Origin: Parvibaculaceae bacterium
GTDB lineage: Bacteria; Pseudomonadota; Alphaproteobacteria; RS24; CBDDDD01
Reading direction: 5' to 3'
DNA: 64,000 nt
Assembly (NCBI GenBank): GCA_965226465.1
Contig: OZ245362.1
Location: 690,082-754,081, forward strand
Shown here: positions 49,127 to 59,600 of the stretch, one piece after another
Layout of the letters: each line of letters starts with the position of its first letter
How positions within the stretch are numbered: position 1 is the stretch's first letter
Notes under the pieces: generated by a model
Told to the model about the DNA's origin: nothing
Database searches by the model: none
Seen by the model: the letters and a program-made list of their open reading frames with translations, nothing else
Made by a program: the position numbers and the translations under genes

Positions 49127-50992
49127 TCAAGTCAATTTATAGCGATTGGGCGTTTTGCCATTTAGAACGTGCGTAGAACGTGCGATTTCATTTTCTATTT
49201 CCACGAGGCGAGCTAAGTTTTCCTCTGTTAATTCCTTGGCAAGCTCTGCTTCAGCTTGCTCTTTTTCCAATTGAAGGCTTTCAAGAGTATAGTGCATATT
49301 CAGCGCTTTTTTCCAGCTTTTTTCTGCCTCCTCAATGGGTGTCTGCTCACGGGTGAAGTCTTGCCAGTTACGCGCCGCCAATGTATCAAGCTGTGTCAAT
49401 AATGCTTTATGTCCGCGGTTTTCCAACTCCTCCTTGAGGGCTTCCATAGCGGGCATTTCCTGCTCATGATTGACAATATCCACAATATCATGGCGCAGGC
49501 GCTCCAAAGCATGATGGTGTAGCTCTGCACATTCAAAGTTAGCCCTATTTTCCTCTTCCTCCAATAATAGCGGATGTCTAAGCACCCCAATAACAATCAT
49601 TGCGCCCCCTCGTGGCAGAGAGGCATGGTGGAGCAATGCGGAGCTACGCGTAGTAGGCAAAGCATTTGTACGCTTTTTATAATATTTTCGGCTTCCCCCC
49701 TTTTGCGGTGCATAGCCCTCTTGTGAGGAAAAAAACTTTTCTACTCTGGCATCTATTTCGCGGCGATAGAACTTCCTTATCTCCATATTGCCAATTTGCC
49801 TGATGGTATCATCAAGCTGTTTTTCAAAAGCGGCTCGGCGCTCAGGCGTATTCCAGCGTCCAGTTTCCACCGCCCTCTCCCATAGCATATCCACCATAGG
49901 GCGCGCACGGTCAAACACCTCCTCTAGCCCGCTACTGCCTGCATCATTGACCATGTCGTCTGGATCTTTTCCATCGGGCAGCAATGCAAATCGCAATGAT
50001 TTTCCGGCACTAAGCAGAGGCAATGCCCTATCCATTGCCCGCCAAGCAGCCTGTAGCCCCGCCATATCGGCATCAAAACAAAGGATAGGCTCTTCCGCCA
50101 TGCGCCATAAGCGCTCAATCTGCCGCTCCGTTAAGGCGGTGCCAAGGGGCGCAACCGCATTATCAAAACCGGCACGCGCACAAGCGACCACATCCATATA
50201 GCCCTCAACGACAATCACCATGCCCTTTTGATAAGCGACAGCTCTGGCGGCGGCTTCATTAAAAAGCAATTTCCCCTTATGGAATAAAGGCGTTTGCGGA
50301 GAGTTCAGATATTTTGCCGGCGCATTGGCTGACAGTGCCCGCCCGCCAAAAGCAATCGTCCTCCCCCTCGCATCCTGAATAGGAAACATCACCCGATGGC
50401 GAAACCTATCATAAAGCTCCCCACCATCCTCAGGCTTAATACAAAGCCCGACCTCTACCATTTGCGCCTCCTCTATGCCCTGTTTTTTAAGAAAGCCAAA
50501 CAGCTCCTTGCTCTCTTGCGGTGCATAGCCAATAGCAAATTTTTCAATAATATTTTTATCCACCCCGCGCCGTAACAAATAATCCAGCGCCTCCTTCCCC
50601 TTGGGCAAGTAAAGCTGCTCCCGAAACCATTTAGCGGCAATTTCCGTAACATCAATAAGGCTTTTTCGCTTGTCTTCCCTCTCCTTCTCCTCAGGGCTGA
50701 ACTTTGGCATTTCAAGCCCAACTTCCTGTGCGAGGCGTTGCACCGCCTCTATAAAACTTAACCCTTCCGTTTCCATAAGAAAGTCAAACACGCTCCCATG
50801 TTTCCCCGATGAGAAGCAATGATAGAACTGCTTCTCATCATTGACCGTAAAGCTTGGTGTTTTTTCTTTATTAAAGGGACTAAGTCCGACAAATTCGCGC
50901 CCCTTTCGCTGCAAGCGGACTTTTCGCCCCACAATTTCAGATACTCTGATGCGGCTTTTAATGTCCTCCAGAAAGCTCTGCGGGAACGCCAT
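49127..50992 (-). CDS. dnaG: DNA primase
   Basis: CHC2 zinc finger (PFNKEKTPSF...YHCFSSGKHG) and the TOPRIM segment VVEGYMDV. It lies upstream of rpoD. Confidence 0.9.
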   Translation of the reverse strand: MAFPQSFLEDIKSRIRVSEIVGRKVRLQRKGREFVGLSPFNKEKTPSFTVNDEKQFYHCFSSGKHGSVFDFLMETEGLSFIEAVQRLAQEVGLEMPKFSPEEKEREDKRKSLIDVTEIAAKWFREQLYLPKGKEALDYLLRRGVDKNIIEKFAIGYAPQESKELFGFLKKQGIEEAQMVEVGLCIKPEDGGELYDRFRHRVMFPIQDARGRTIAFGGRALSANAPAKYLNSPQTPLFHKGKLLFNEAAARAVAYQKGMVIVVEGYMDVVACARAGFDNAVAPLGTALTERQIERLWRMAEEPILCFDADMAGLQAAWRAMDRALPLLSAGKSLRFALLPDGKDPDDMVNDAGSSGLEEVFDRARPMVDMLWERAVETGRWNTPERRAAFEKQLDDTIRQIGNMEIRKFYRREIDARVEKFFSSQEGYAPQKGGSRKYYKKRTNALPTTRSSALLHHASLPRGGAMIVIGVLRHPLLLEEEENRANFECAELHHHALERLRHDIVDIVNHEQEMPAMEALKEELENRGHKALLTQLDTLAARNWQDFTREQTPIEEAEKSWKKALNMHYTLESLQLEKEQAEAELAKELTEENLARLVEIENEIARSTHVLNGKTPNRYKLT

Positions 50993-51001
50993 GGTTTTAT
51001 G

Positions 51002-51466
51002 TTATCCTTTTTCCTGCCCAAGCATAATCTTAACAATCATGCCCGCTTTTGCGAAATCCATTTCTCCGCCATGCTGCTCCTTAAGCTCCCCCATAATGCG
51101 CCCCATATCCTTAATGCTTGACGCTTCCAGCTCGGCAATGGTTTTTTCCACGGCAGCTCTTATCTCCCCCTCATCCATTTGCTTAGGCAGGAAGTGCTGG
51201 ATGATATCTATCTCTTCTCTTTCCTGCGAAGCCAAATCTTCCCGCCCTGCCTTTTCATAGGTTTCAACTGATTCGTTTCTTTGCTTGATCATTTTGGCGA
51301 GGATTTGCAAAATTTCACTATCGCTAACGCCCTCCATATTATCATGACTTCTGGCGGCAATATCTCTATCCTTAATGGTAGCCAATACCAGCCGAAGGGT
51401 AGAAATAGTGCGTGTTTCTTTTGCTTTTTGCGCTTCAATGAGCTTCTGTTTTAGCTGTTCTCTCAT
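51002..51466 (-). CDS. GatB/YqeY domain-containing protein
   Basis: MREQLKQKLIEAQKAK....ISTLRLVLATIKDRDI... is a typical YqeY. The first 93 codons of the 247-aa ORF were discarded as non-coding leader. Confidence 0.75.
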   Translation of the reverse strand: MREQLKQKLIEAQKAKETRTISTLRLVLATIKDRDIAARSHDNMEGVSDSEILQILAKMIKQRNESVETYEKAGREDLASQEREEIDIIQHFLPKQMDEGEIRAAVEKTIAELEASSIKDMGRIMGELKEQHGGEMDFAKAGMIVKIMLGQEKG

Positions 51467-51686
51467 TTTGCCCTCCCGTTTATTTGCTAGGGAGATGAAC
51501 CTACTCCAAAGGTGGGTAAAGTGCAATATGGCTTGACCTCGGGGCGGGGAGAATTTACCTTGTCGGCGCAAAGCAGGAGAATAAAGAGTATGCCTTATGG
51601 CATTAGCACTTGGACAATATATCCATTCCGTTTTTAGGCGGGGTGGGTATTTTTTTATATGATATAGGAGGCTATGGGGAAAAAAT

Positions 51687-52859
51687 ATGGTTTGGAAAGA
51701 GAAGGCTCCCAGTGCTGCGCTGATATTTGGTGATGGCCGTGTCATTTATGGGCATGGTTTGGGGGTATCGGGTATTCGGATAGGCGAGGTTTGTTTTAAT
51801 ACTTCCATGAGCGGATATCAGGAGATATTGACCGACCCCTCTTATACAGACCAGATTATCACCTTCACCTTTCCCCATATTGGCAATACAGGCACGAATA
51901 AGGATGACAATGAGACCGCCAATAGGGGTTTGCGCTCTACCGCATTGGGGATGATTATTGGTGAGGAGATAAGCAATCCTTCCAATTACCGCTCACAGGC
52001 GCATTTAGAGAAATGGTTATGCTCCCATACTATGATTGGTCTTTCTGGTGTAGATATTCGTGCGATTACGGCTCATATTCGTGAGCATGGCATGTTTGAT
52101 GCCGCCCTTGTCCATGACAAAAAGGGGCGTTTTGCGGTGGAGGAAACAGCACAGCAAATAGGGGAATGGGGCGGTCTTGAAGGCAAGGATTTGGCAACAA
52201 AAATAAGCCATAGCCATATCAAAAAATGGCATGAGGGAGCCTGGCAATTTCTACCCAATGGCAAGGGAAAATATAGCCGCAAGGGAACAGAAAAAACACA
52301 TATAGCAGTAATAGATTTTGGAATAAAAAGCAATATCTTAAGGCAACTATCTAGAGTAAATTCTCAAATTACAATCTATCCCGCCACAACCCCTGCCCAA
52401 ACCGTTTTGGCGAGCAATCCGGACGGTATTTTTCTCTCCAATGGACCGGGCGACCCGGCAGCAACAGCTTCACAAATACAGCCCCAAATGGAAGCCTATC
52501 TCAAAAGCGGCAAACCCATTTTTGGCATTTGCTTAGGACACCAAATCCTCGCTCTGACACTAGGAGCAAAAACGGTAAAAATGCCACAAGGTCATCATGG
52601 CGCCAACCATCCTGTAAAAGAGCTTTCAACAGGAAAAGTAGAGATTACCTCCATGAATCACGGCTTTTGCGTAGATAGCCAAAGCCTACCCAAAACAATA
52701 GAGGAAACCCATATCAGCCTTTTTGACAAAACCAATTGCGGAATAAAAGTGAAGGGAAAGCCGATATTTTCAGTACAGCACCACCCCGAAGCCTCTCCCG
52801 GACCCCAAGATAGCTTTTACCTCTTTGACCGCTTTATAGAAATGATAGAGAGCGCATAA
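51687..52859 (+). CDS. carA: carbamoyl-phosphate synthase small (glutaminase) subunit
   Basis: FNTSM.GYQE..TDPSY..Q, GICLGHQ and HPEASPGP motifs. Confidence 0.9.
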   Translation: MVWKEKAPSAALIFGDGRVIYGHGLGVSGIRIGEVCFNTSMSGYQEILTDPSYTDQIITFTFPHIGNTGTNKDDNETANRGLRSTALGMIIGEEISNPSNYRSQAHLEKWLCSHTMIGLSGVDIRAITAHIREHGMFDAALVHDKKGRFAVEETAQQIGEWGGLEGKDLATKISHSHIKKWHEGAWQFLPNGKGKYSRKGTEKTHIAVIDFGIKSNILRQLSRVNSQITIYPATTPAQTVLASNPDGIFLSNGPGDPAATASQIQPQMEAYLKSGKPIFGICLGHQILALTLGAKTVKMPQGHHGANHPVKELSTGKVEITSMNHGFCVDSQSLPKTIEETHISLFDKTNCGIKVKGKPIFSVQHHPEASPGPQDSFYLFDRFIEMIESA

Positions 52860-55800
52860 TGCCCAAAAGAAGCGACATAAAATCCGTTTTGATAATAGGA
52901 GCAGGACCGATAGTGATAGGGCAAGCCTGCGAGTTTGACTATTCCGGCACCCAAGCATGCAAGGCACTTAAAGAGGAGGGCTTGCGTGTTGTGCTGGTGA
53001 ACTCAAACCCCGCAACCATTATGACCGACCCCGAAATGGCGGACGCCACCTATATTGAGCCGGTCACCCCTGAGATAGTCGCAAAGATTATTGAGAAGGA
53101 GAAACCAGACGCCCTCCTCCCCACTATGGGCGGGCAAACGGCATTAAACACCGCCCTAGCGCTCGCCAAAAACGGCACCTTACAGAAGCATAATATAGAG
53201 CTTATCGGTGCTGATATTACGGCGATTAACAAGGCGGAGGATAGGCAGCTTTTCCGCACCGCCATGGATGAGATAGGGCTGGAAAGCCCCCGCTCTGCCA
53301 TTGCCCACAGCATGGAAGAGGCAAAAGCAGCATTGGAGAAGATAGGCTTGCCCGCCATTATCCGCCCCTCTTTCACCTTAGGGGGTACGGGCGGCGGCAT
53401 TGCAAGGGAGGCACATGAGTTTGAGCATATTGTCGCCCATGGCTTGGACGCCTCTCCGAGCAATGAGGTGCTAATTGAGGAGAGCCTGCTTGGCTGGAAG
53501 GAATATGAGATGGAAGTCGTCCGCGATAAAGCCGATAATTGCATCATCATCTGCTCCATTGAGAATATAGACCCGATGGGTGTCCATACGGGCGACAGCA
53601 TCACGGTTGCGCCTGCGCTTACCCTAACGGATAAGGAATATCAACGCATGCGCAATGCCTCCATTGCCGTATTGCGCAAGATAGGGGTGGAGACAGGCGG
53701 CTCCAATGTGCAATTTGCGGTTAATCCAAAAAATGGGCGCCTCGTCATTATTGAGATGAACCCCCGCGTTTCGCGCTCTTCCGCATTGGCATCAAAGGCA
53801 ACAGGCTTTCCCATTGCCAAAATAGCCGCCCTCCTTGCCATAGGCTATAGCCTTGATGAGTTGCAAAATGACATTACCAAAACAACACCGGCAAGCTTTG
53901 AGCCAACCCTTGATTATGTTGTCACCAAAATACCCCGCTTTGCCTTTGAAAAGTTTCACGGCTCCGATGCCATATTAACAACAGCAATGAAATCAGTCGG
54001 GGAGGTCATGGCAATTGGTCATAATTTTCAGGAGAGCCTGCAAAAAGCATTACGCTCTATGGAGACAGGACTTACGGGATTAACTATGCCCGATAATGCG
54101 TATACGGATAAAAAAGAAATTCTTGCCCAATTACAATGCCAAACCCCCGATAGAATATTGCACATCGCCCACGCCCTTCGCATGGGAATAGGAGCGGAGA
54201 AGATAGAGAAAGCCAGCGGCTATACCCTATGGTTTATTGAACAAATGGCAGAGATTATTGCCTATGAGAAAAAACTACAAACAGATGGTCTTCCCAACGA
54301 TAAAGAAAACTTCCGCACAATCAAAGCAATGGGTTTTTCCGATGGACGCTTAGCCGAGCTATGCAATATGAGCGAGCAGGAAGTAAGGCAAAAAAGGCAT
54401 GGGCTGGCATTGCACCCAAGCTTTCGCCAAATTGATACTTGTGCGGGCGAGTTTGCCGCCTCCACCCCCTATCTCTATTCCTGCTATCCCCCGCCTTCTT
54501 TGCTCAGCACCCCCCATGAAGCCCCGCCGCAAAATAAGAAAAAAGTGGTGATATTGGGCGGCGGACCCAATCGGATAGGGCAAGGCATAGAGTTTGATTA
54601 TTGCTGTTGTCACGCCGCCTTTGCCCTTCATGATTTGGGAATAGAAAGCATTATGATTAACTGCAACCCGGAGACCGTCTCCACCGATTACGACACTTCC
54701 GATAGGCTTTATTTTGAGCCGCTAACCGAGGAGAACGTGCTGGAGATTTTGCAAGCGGAAGCCTCTCAAGGTGAGCTGGCGGGTGTGATTGTACAATTTG
54801 GCGGGCAAACGCCGCTAAAACTTGCCAAAGCGATAGATGAAGCCGACATCACCATTCTTGGCACCTCCCCCGATGCGATTGATTTGGCGGAGGATAGGGA
54901 TAGATTTAAGGCATTTCTGGAAAGCCTGAAATTACGCCAGCCCCCCAATGCGATTGTGAGAACCAGCGAGGAAGCCCATCAGGTTTCCGAACAGATAGGC
55001 TTTCCCCTTGTCATCCGCCCCTCCTATGTTCTTGGCGGGCGAGCTATGGAGATTGTTCATAATGAGGCACAGCTTGCCCGCTATATGCGTGAGGCGGTTG
55101 GGATATCCGACAGCGCCCCGATTTTGATAGATAGCTATCTGCAAGGTGCGGTGGAGGTAGATGTTGATGTCCTCTCTGACGGCAGCGATGTATTTATCGC
55201 CGGTGTCTTAGAGCATATTGAGGAGGCAGGCGTTCACTCAGGCGATAGCGCCTGCTCCATGCCGCCCCACTCCCTTGCCAAAGAAATAATAGCCGAGCTT
55301 GAGCGTCAGGCGAAGATTATGGCAAAAAAGCTTGGTGTCATCGGGCTTATGAATGTGCAATTTGCCGTCCAAGACAGCAAGGTTTACGTATTGGAGGTCA
55401 ACCCAAGAGCAAGCCGTACCGTGCCCTTTGTTGCCAAAGCGGGCGGCTATCCCATTGCCTCCATCGCCGCCAAGCTCATGGCAGGCGAGCCGCTTTCCGG
55501 TTTTGGACTGAAAGGCTTTTCCAAAAAATATATTGCCGTCAAAGAGGCGGTTTTTCCCTTTGCCCGCTTTGCCAATGTGGATACAATTTTAGGTCCCGAG
55601 ATGCGCTCCACGGGCGAGGTCATGGGGATAGATAACAGCTTTCCCCTTGCCTTTGCCAAAAGCCAGCTTGGAGCGGGCTGTGTTTTGCCCTTAACAGGCA
55701 GCGCCTTTATCTCGGTTCGCGACAGCGATAAGGAGCATAGTTATAAAGCGGGCAAAGAGCTTATCGCACTCGGATTCCGTCTGGTAGCAACAGGAGGCAC

Positions 55801-56092
55801 AGCAGCTTTTTTACAGAAGAAAGGGCTGAAAGTGGAAAAGATAAATAAGGTGCGCCAAGGAAGCCCCCATATTGTTGATGCGCTGGAAAACAATGAGATT
55901 TCTCTTGTCATTAACACGACACAGGGCGAAAAGAGCCTAGCCGACAGCAAAAGCATAAGGCGCACGGCACTGACCAGCCACATCCCCTATTATACGACCA
56001 TCTCAGGGGCAGAAGCGGTTGTCAAAGCAATCTCCGCCCTTAAAGAGAATGATTTGGAAGTACAATCCATTCAAAAATATATTGCACAATGA
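52859..56092 (+). CDS. carB: carbamoyl-phosphate synthase large subunit
   Basis: 1077 aa with duplicated ATP-grasp halves ([14 protein letters not shown] / [14 protein letters not shown]) and an MGS-like C terminus. Confidence 0.9.
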   Translation: MPKRSDIKSVLIIGAGPIVIGQACEFDYSGTQACKALKEEGLRVVLVNSNPATIMTDPEMADATYIEPVTPEIVAKIIEKEKPDALLPTMGGQTALNTALALAKNGTLQKHNIELIGADITAINKAEDRQLFRTAMDEIGLESPRSAIAHSMEEAKAALEKIGLPAIIRPSFTLGGTGGGIAREAHEFEHIVAHGLDASPSNEVLIEESLLGWKEYEMEVVRDKADNCIIICSIENIDPMGVHTGDSITVAPALTLTDKEYQRMRNASIAVLRKIGVETGGSNVQFAVNPKNGRLVIIEMNPRVSRSSALASKATGFPIAKIAALLAIGYSLDELQNDITKTTPASFEPTLDYVVTKIPRFAFEKFHGSDAILTTAMKSVGEVMAIGHNFQESLQKALRSMETGLTGLTMPDNAYTDKKEILAQLQCQTPDRILHIAHALRMGIGAEKIEKASGYTLWFIEQMAEIIAYEKKLQTDGLPNDKENFRTIKAMGFSDGRLAELCNMSEQEVRQKRHGLALHPSFRQIDTCAGEFAASTPYLYSCYPPPSLLSTPHEAPPQNKKKVVILGGGPNRIGQGIEFDYCCCHAAFALHDLGIESIMINCNPETVSTDYDTSDRLYFEPLTEENVLEILQAEASQGELAGVIVQFGGQTPLKLAKAIDEADITILGTSPDAIDLAEDRDRFKAFLESLKLRQPPNAIVRTSEEAHQVSEQIGFPLVIRPSYVLGGRAMEIVHNEAQLARYMREAVGISDSAPILIDSYLQGAVEVDVDVLSDGSDVFIAGVLEHIEEAGVHSGDSACSMPPHSLAKEIIAELERQAKIMAKKLGVIGLMNVQFAVQDSKVYVLEVNPRASRTVPFVAKAGGYPIASIAAKLMAGEPLSGFGLKGFSKKYIAVKEAVFPFARFANVDTILGPEMRSTGEVMGIDNSFPLAFAKSQLGAGCVLPLTGSAFISVRDSDKEHSYKAGKELIALGFRLVATGGTAAFLQKKGLKVEKINKVRQGSPHIVDALENNEISLVINTTQGEKSLADSKSIRRTALTSHIPYYTTISGAEAVVKAISALKENDLEVQSIQKYIAQ

Positions 56093-56162
56093 TAGATTTA
56101 GCATTGACCAATGCGCCCTTTTTATTGAAAACTATAGGCTTATATAAAAGGAATATTTTGAT

Positions 56163-56636
56163 ATGGAAAAAGTACCAATGACTCCTCGCGGGCATAAGGT
56201 TCTGGAGGAGGAGTTACGCAAGCTTAAAACACAGGCTCGCCCCGATGTGATACGGGCGATAGCCACGGCACGCGAGCATGGCGATTTATCCGAAAACGCC
56301 GAATACCACGCCGCAAAAGAGCAGCAAGGGCATATAGAGGGCAGGATTTTGGAGCTTGAGGGCGTATTGGGGCGCGCCGAGATTATTGACGCCGCCCAGC
56401 TAAGCGGCAATAGCGTAAAATTTGGAGCAACCCTATTGGTCGTGGATGAGGACACCGAAGAGGAAAAATCCTACCAGATAGTAGGCGACTTTGAAGCCGA
56501 CGTAAAAGAAGGACGCATCTCCATAAGCTCCCCCGTCGCCCGCGCCTTCATCGGCAAAAAAGTAGGCGACAGCATAGAAGTCACCACCCCCGGCGGCGGC
56601 AAATGCTACGAAATTCTAAAAATCAACTTTAAGTAA
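56163..56636 (+). CDS. greA: transcription elongation factor GreA
   Basis: 157 aa with [18 protein letters not shown] and the C-terminal segment ISISSP.ARA..GK..GD. Confidence 0.9.
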   Translation: MEKVPMTPRGHKVLEEELRKLKTQARPDVIRAIATAREHGDLSENAEYHAAKEQQGHIEGRILELEGVLGRAEIIDAAQLSGNSVKFGATLLVVDEDTEEEKSYQIVGDFEADVKEGRISISSPVARAFIGKKVGDSIEVTTPGGGKCYEILKINFK

Positions 56637-56682
56637 TTAATTCTGGAAATGATAACTGGGATAGAGAAAGGGGCGCAGGACA

Positions 56683-59600
56683 ATGTCATCATTTCGGGAA
56701 ATACTTGACAGGCTACGCAGCCAAGCCCGCACTGAGCGCGACAAGGGCAGCTATTTTGAAAAATTAATGATAGCGGTTTTACAGCAACACCCGGAATATG
56801 ATTTTAGGGGCGTTTGGAGCTGGAAGGACTGGCCAGAAAGAGAAAAGTTATCTGGAATGGATGCCAAAGATATTGGCATAGATCTTGTTGGCAAGAACGC
56901 TGATGGTAAGCTTTGTGCCATTCAGTGCAAATTTTTTGCAGAAGATTATGCGTTACAAAAAAAAGATATTGATAGTTTTTTCACGGAGTCAGGCAAGAAG
57001 CCTTTCACTAGCCGCCTAATTATTACGACAACGGATAAATGGAGTGATAATGCTAAGAAAGCACTGCAGGGGCAGCAGATTGAAACCCACCGCATGCGTT
57101 TTATGGATTTACAAAAGCTCCCCATTGACTGGGATTTATTACACCCGGAGCGGACAAAATATAAGCCTAAAAAGCACAAGTTAAAAAAGCGCCAGCAGGA
57201 AGCCTTAGAGCATGTGATTGAGGGATTTAAAAAGGATAAGCGCGGGCGGTTGATAATGGCTTGCGGTACGGGGAAGACCTTAACTTCATTGCATATTGCC
57301 GAGAAGCTGGTTTCCAATAAGGGGAACATATTACTGATGGTGCCTTCCATAGGGCTAATGTCACAGACATTACATGAATGGGCAGAGCAGCGCAGTGAGG
57401 ATCAGCGTTATTTAGCGGTATGCTCAGATGCGCAAGTGGATAAGAGGGAAGAAGACATCACCTTGGAAGACTTGGCTATTCCCGCGACCACAAAGGCAGA
57501 AAAGATTCATAAGGTTTTGTCAGCGAAGGAAAACCGCAGGACTGTTGTATTATGCACCTATCACTCGCTTGATAGGATAAAACAGGCGCAGGATAAGGGT
57601 GCGCCCAAATTTGACTTGGTGATTTGTGATGAAGCCCACCGCACGACGGGAATAGAGGGCAGTCTTTTTTCCAAAATTAACCATGAGGATTATATCAAGG
57701 CGGATAAGCGGCTTTATATGACGGCAACGCCTCGTATTTATACGGAGGAAGCAAAGGCAAAGGCGAAGGAGAAGGATATTGGCGTATTTTCTATGGATGA
57801 TAAGAGCGCTTATGGTCCCCAGTTTTATCGCTTGGATTTCTCAGATGCGGTGGCGGAAAACTTATTATCCGATTACAAAGTGATTATATTAAATGTCAAT
57901 AAAGAATACGTCCACAAAGAGATGCAGGCATTAATAAGCAAGGGCGATAACGAGTTTCCCCTTGATGATATAGCTAAGATTATTGGTTGTTATAAGGGTT
58001 TGCGCGACCAAGGAGAGGGTAAGAAAGGCACATTTCTCAAACGCGCAGTGATGTTTGCCCAGAACATAAAAATATCAAAGCATTTATCAAAGCAGTTTAA
58101 GCATGTTGTAGATGTGCTGGATGAAAAAGAAAACGATAACTTTACCTGTAATACCGAGCATGTTGACGGAAGCTATGGCTCATTGGAAAGAAGCCGCCTT
58201 TTGGATTGGCTGGAGCAGGACGCCGGCAGTAATGAACACGGAGAAATTTGTAATATCCTCTCCAACGTTCGCTGTTTAACGGAAGGGATAGACGTGCCAT
58301 CACTGGACGCCGTGCTGTTTATGCACCCGCGCCAGTCGCAAGTTGATGTGGTGCAGGCGGTGGGACGCGTGATGAGACGGGCGGAGGGCAAGGACTATGG
58401 CTATATCATATTGCCTGTAGCAATCTCAGCAGGGGCTTCTATAGATGAGACATTAAACAGCAATGAATATAAAAAGGTTTGGGCTGTCTTAAATGCGCTT
58501 CGCTCTCATGATAACCGCTTTAATGCCATGATTAACAAGGTGGACTTAAACGATAAAAAGCCCAAAGCAATAAGCGTTATCGGGGTAGGCTTTGGGAGCG
58601 ATGATGATGATGATGAAAAAATTAAAAAGGAGATAGAACAGCAGATAGGTTTTAATTTTGGGGAATTACAAAATGCTGTTTATGCCAAGACTGTTGAAAA
58701 ATGCGGCAACCGCAAATATTGGGAAAGCTGGGCAAAAGATGTAGCAGGTATATATAAAGAAATTGAAAGCCTAATTGAAACATTGCGTAAAAAAAATGAG
58801 CAGTTTCTAAAAACCTATAATGATTTTCTTGACAGCATAAAGCGCAATATCAACACCTCGCTTACCAATGAAGATGCCACCTCTATGCTGGCACAGCATT
58901 TAATTACCAAGCCTGTTTTTGATGCCCTTTTTAAGGAATATAAGTTTTCTGAAAAAAATCCTGTTTCGCAAAGCATGGGCAAAGTGCTTGATGAACTTTA
59001 TAGCTTTGGCTTGAAAGCTGAACTGGAGAAACTTCAAAGCTTTTACAAAAGCGTAGAAGACAGAGCCTCCAATATTGATAATGCCGAAGGACGGCAAAAA
59101 GTAATCATTGAACTTTATGAAAAGTTTTTCAAAACCGCCTTCCCAAAAGTAGCGGAGAGGCAGGGCATCGCCTATACACCGATTGAGATTGTAGACTTTA
59201 TATTGGCAAGCGCCGACAAAGCATTACAGCAAGAGTTTGGACAGAGTCTTTCGGATAAAAACGTCCACATCATTGACCCCTTTACAGGCACAGGAACTTT
59301 CATCAACCGCCTTATCCAAAATAAGGATTTAATTCAGAAAAAGGACATAAAACATAAATTTGAAAATGAGATTCACGCCAATGAGATTTTACTTCTCGCC
59401 TATTACATCGCCTCCGTGAATATTGAAGAATCCTATCATGGCAGACAGCAAGAGAACAAAGACTATGAAACGTTTAAAGGCATTGTGCTAACCGATACAT
59501 TTAATCTCCACGAAAAAGCAGGCGAAGATAAAGGCTCATTGGAAGAGAAGATGTTTCTTGAAAATAATGCCCGCTTAATACGCCAACGTGCAGCACCAAT

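Noticed and set aside
51467-51686. Possible attenuator or riboswitch in the 220-nt yqeY-carA intergenic region, including the GGCGGGGTGGG-T7 segment
   Set aside because: I could not find a complementary arm to form a terminator hairpin and recognised no riboswitch consensus. It is most simply a divergent promoter region.
51467-51745. 93-codon N-terminal extension of the GatB/YqeY ORF
   Set aside because: The YqeY family starts at MREQLK... The extension has no family-like sequence and occupies the divergent yqeY-carA promoter region, overlapping the carA start.
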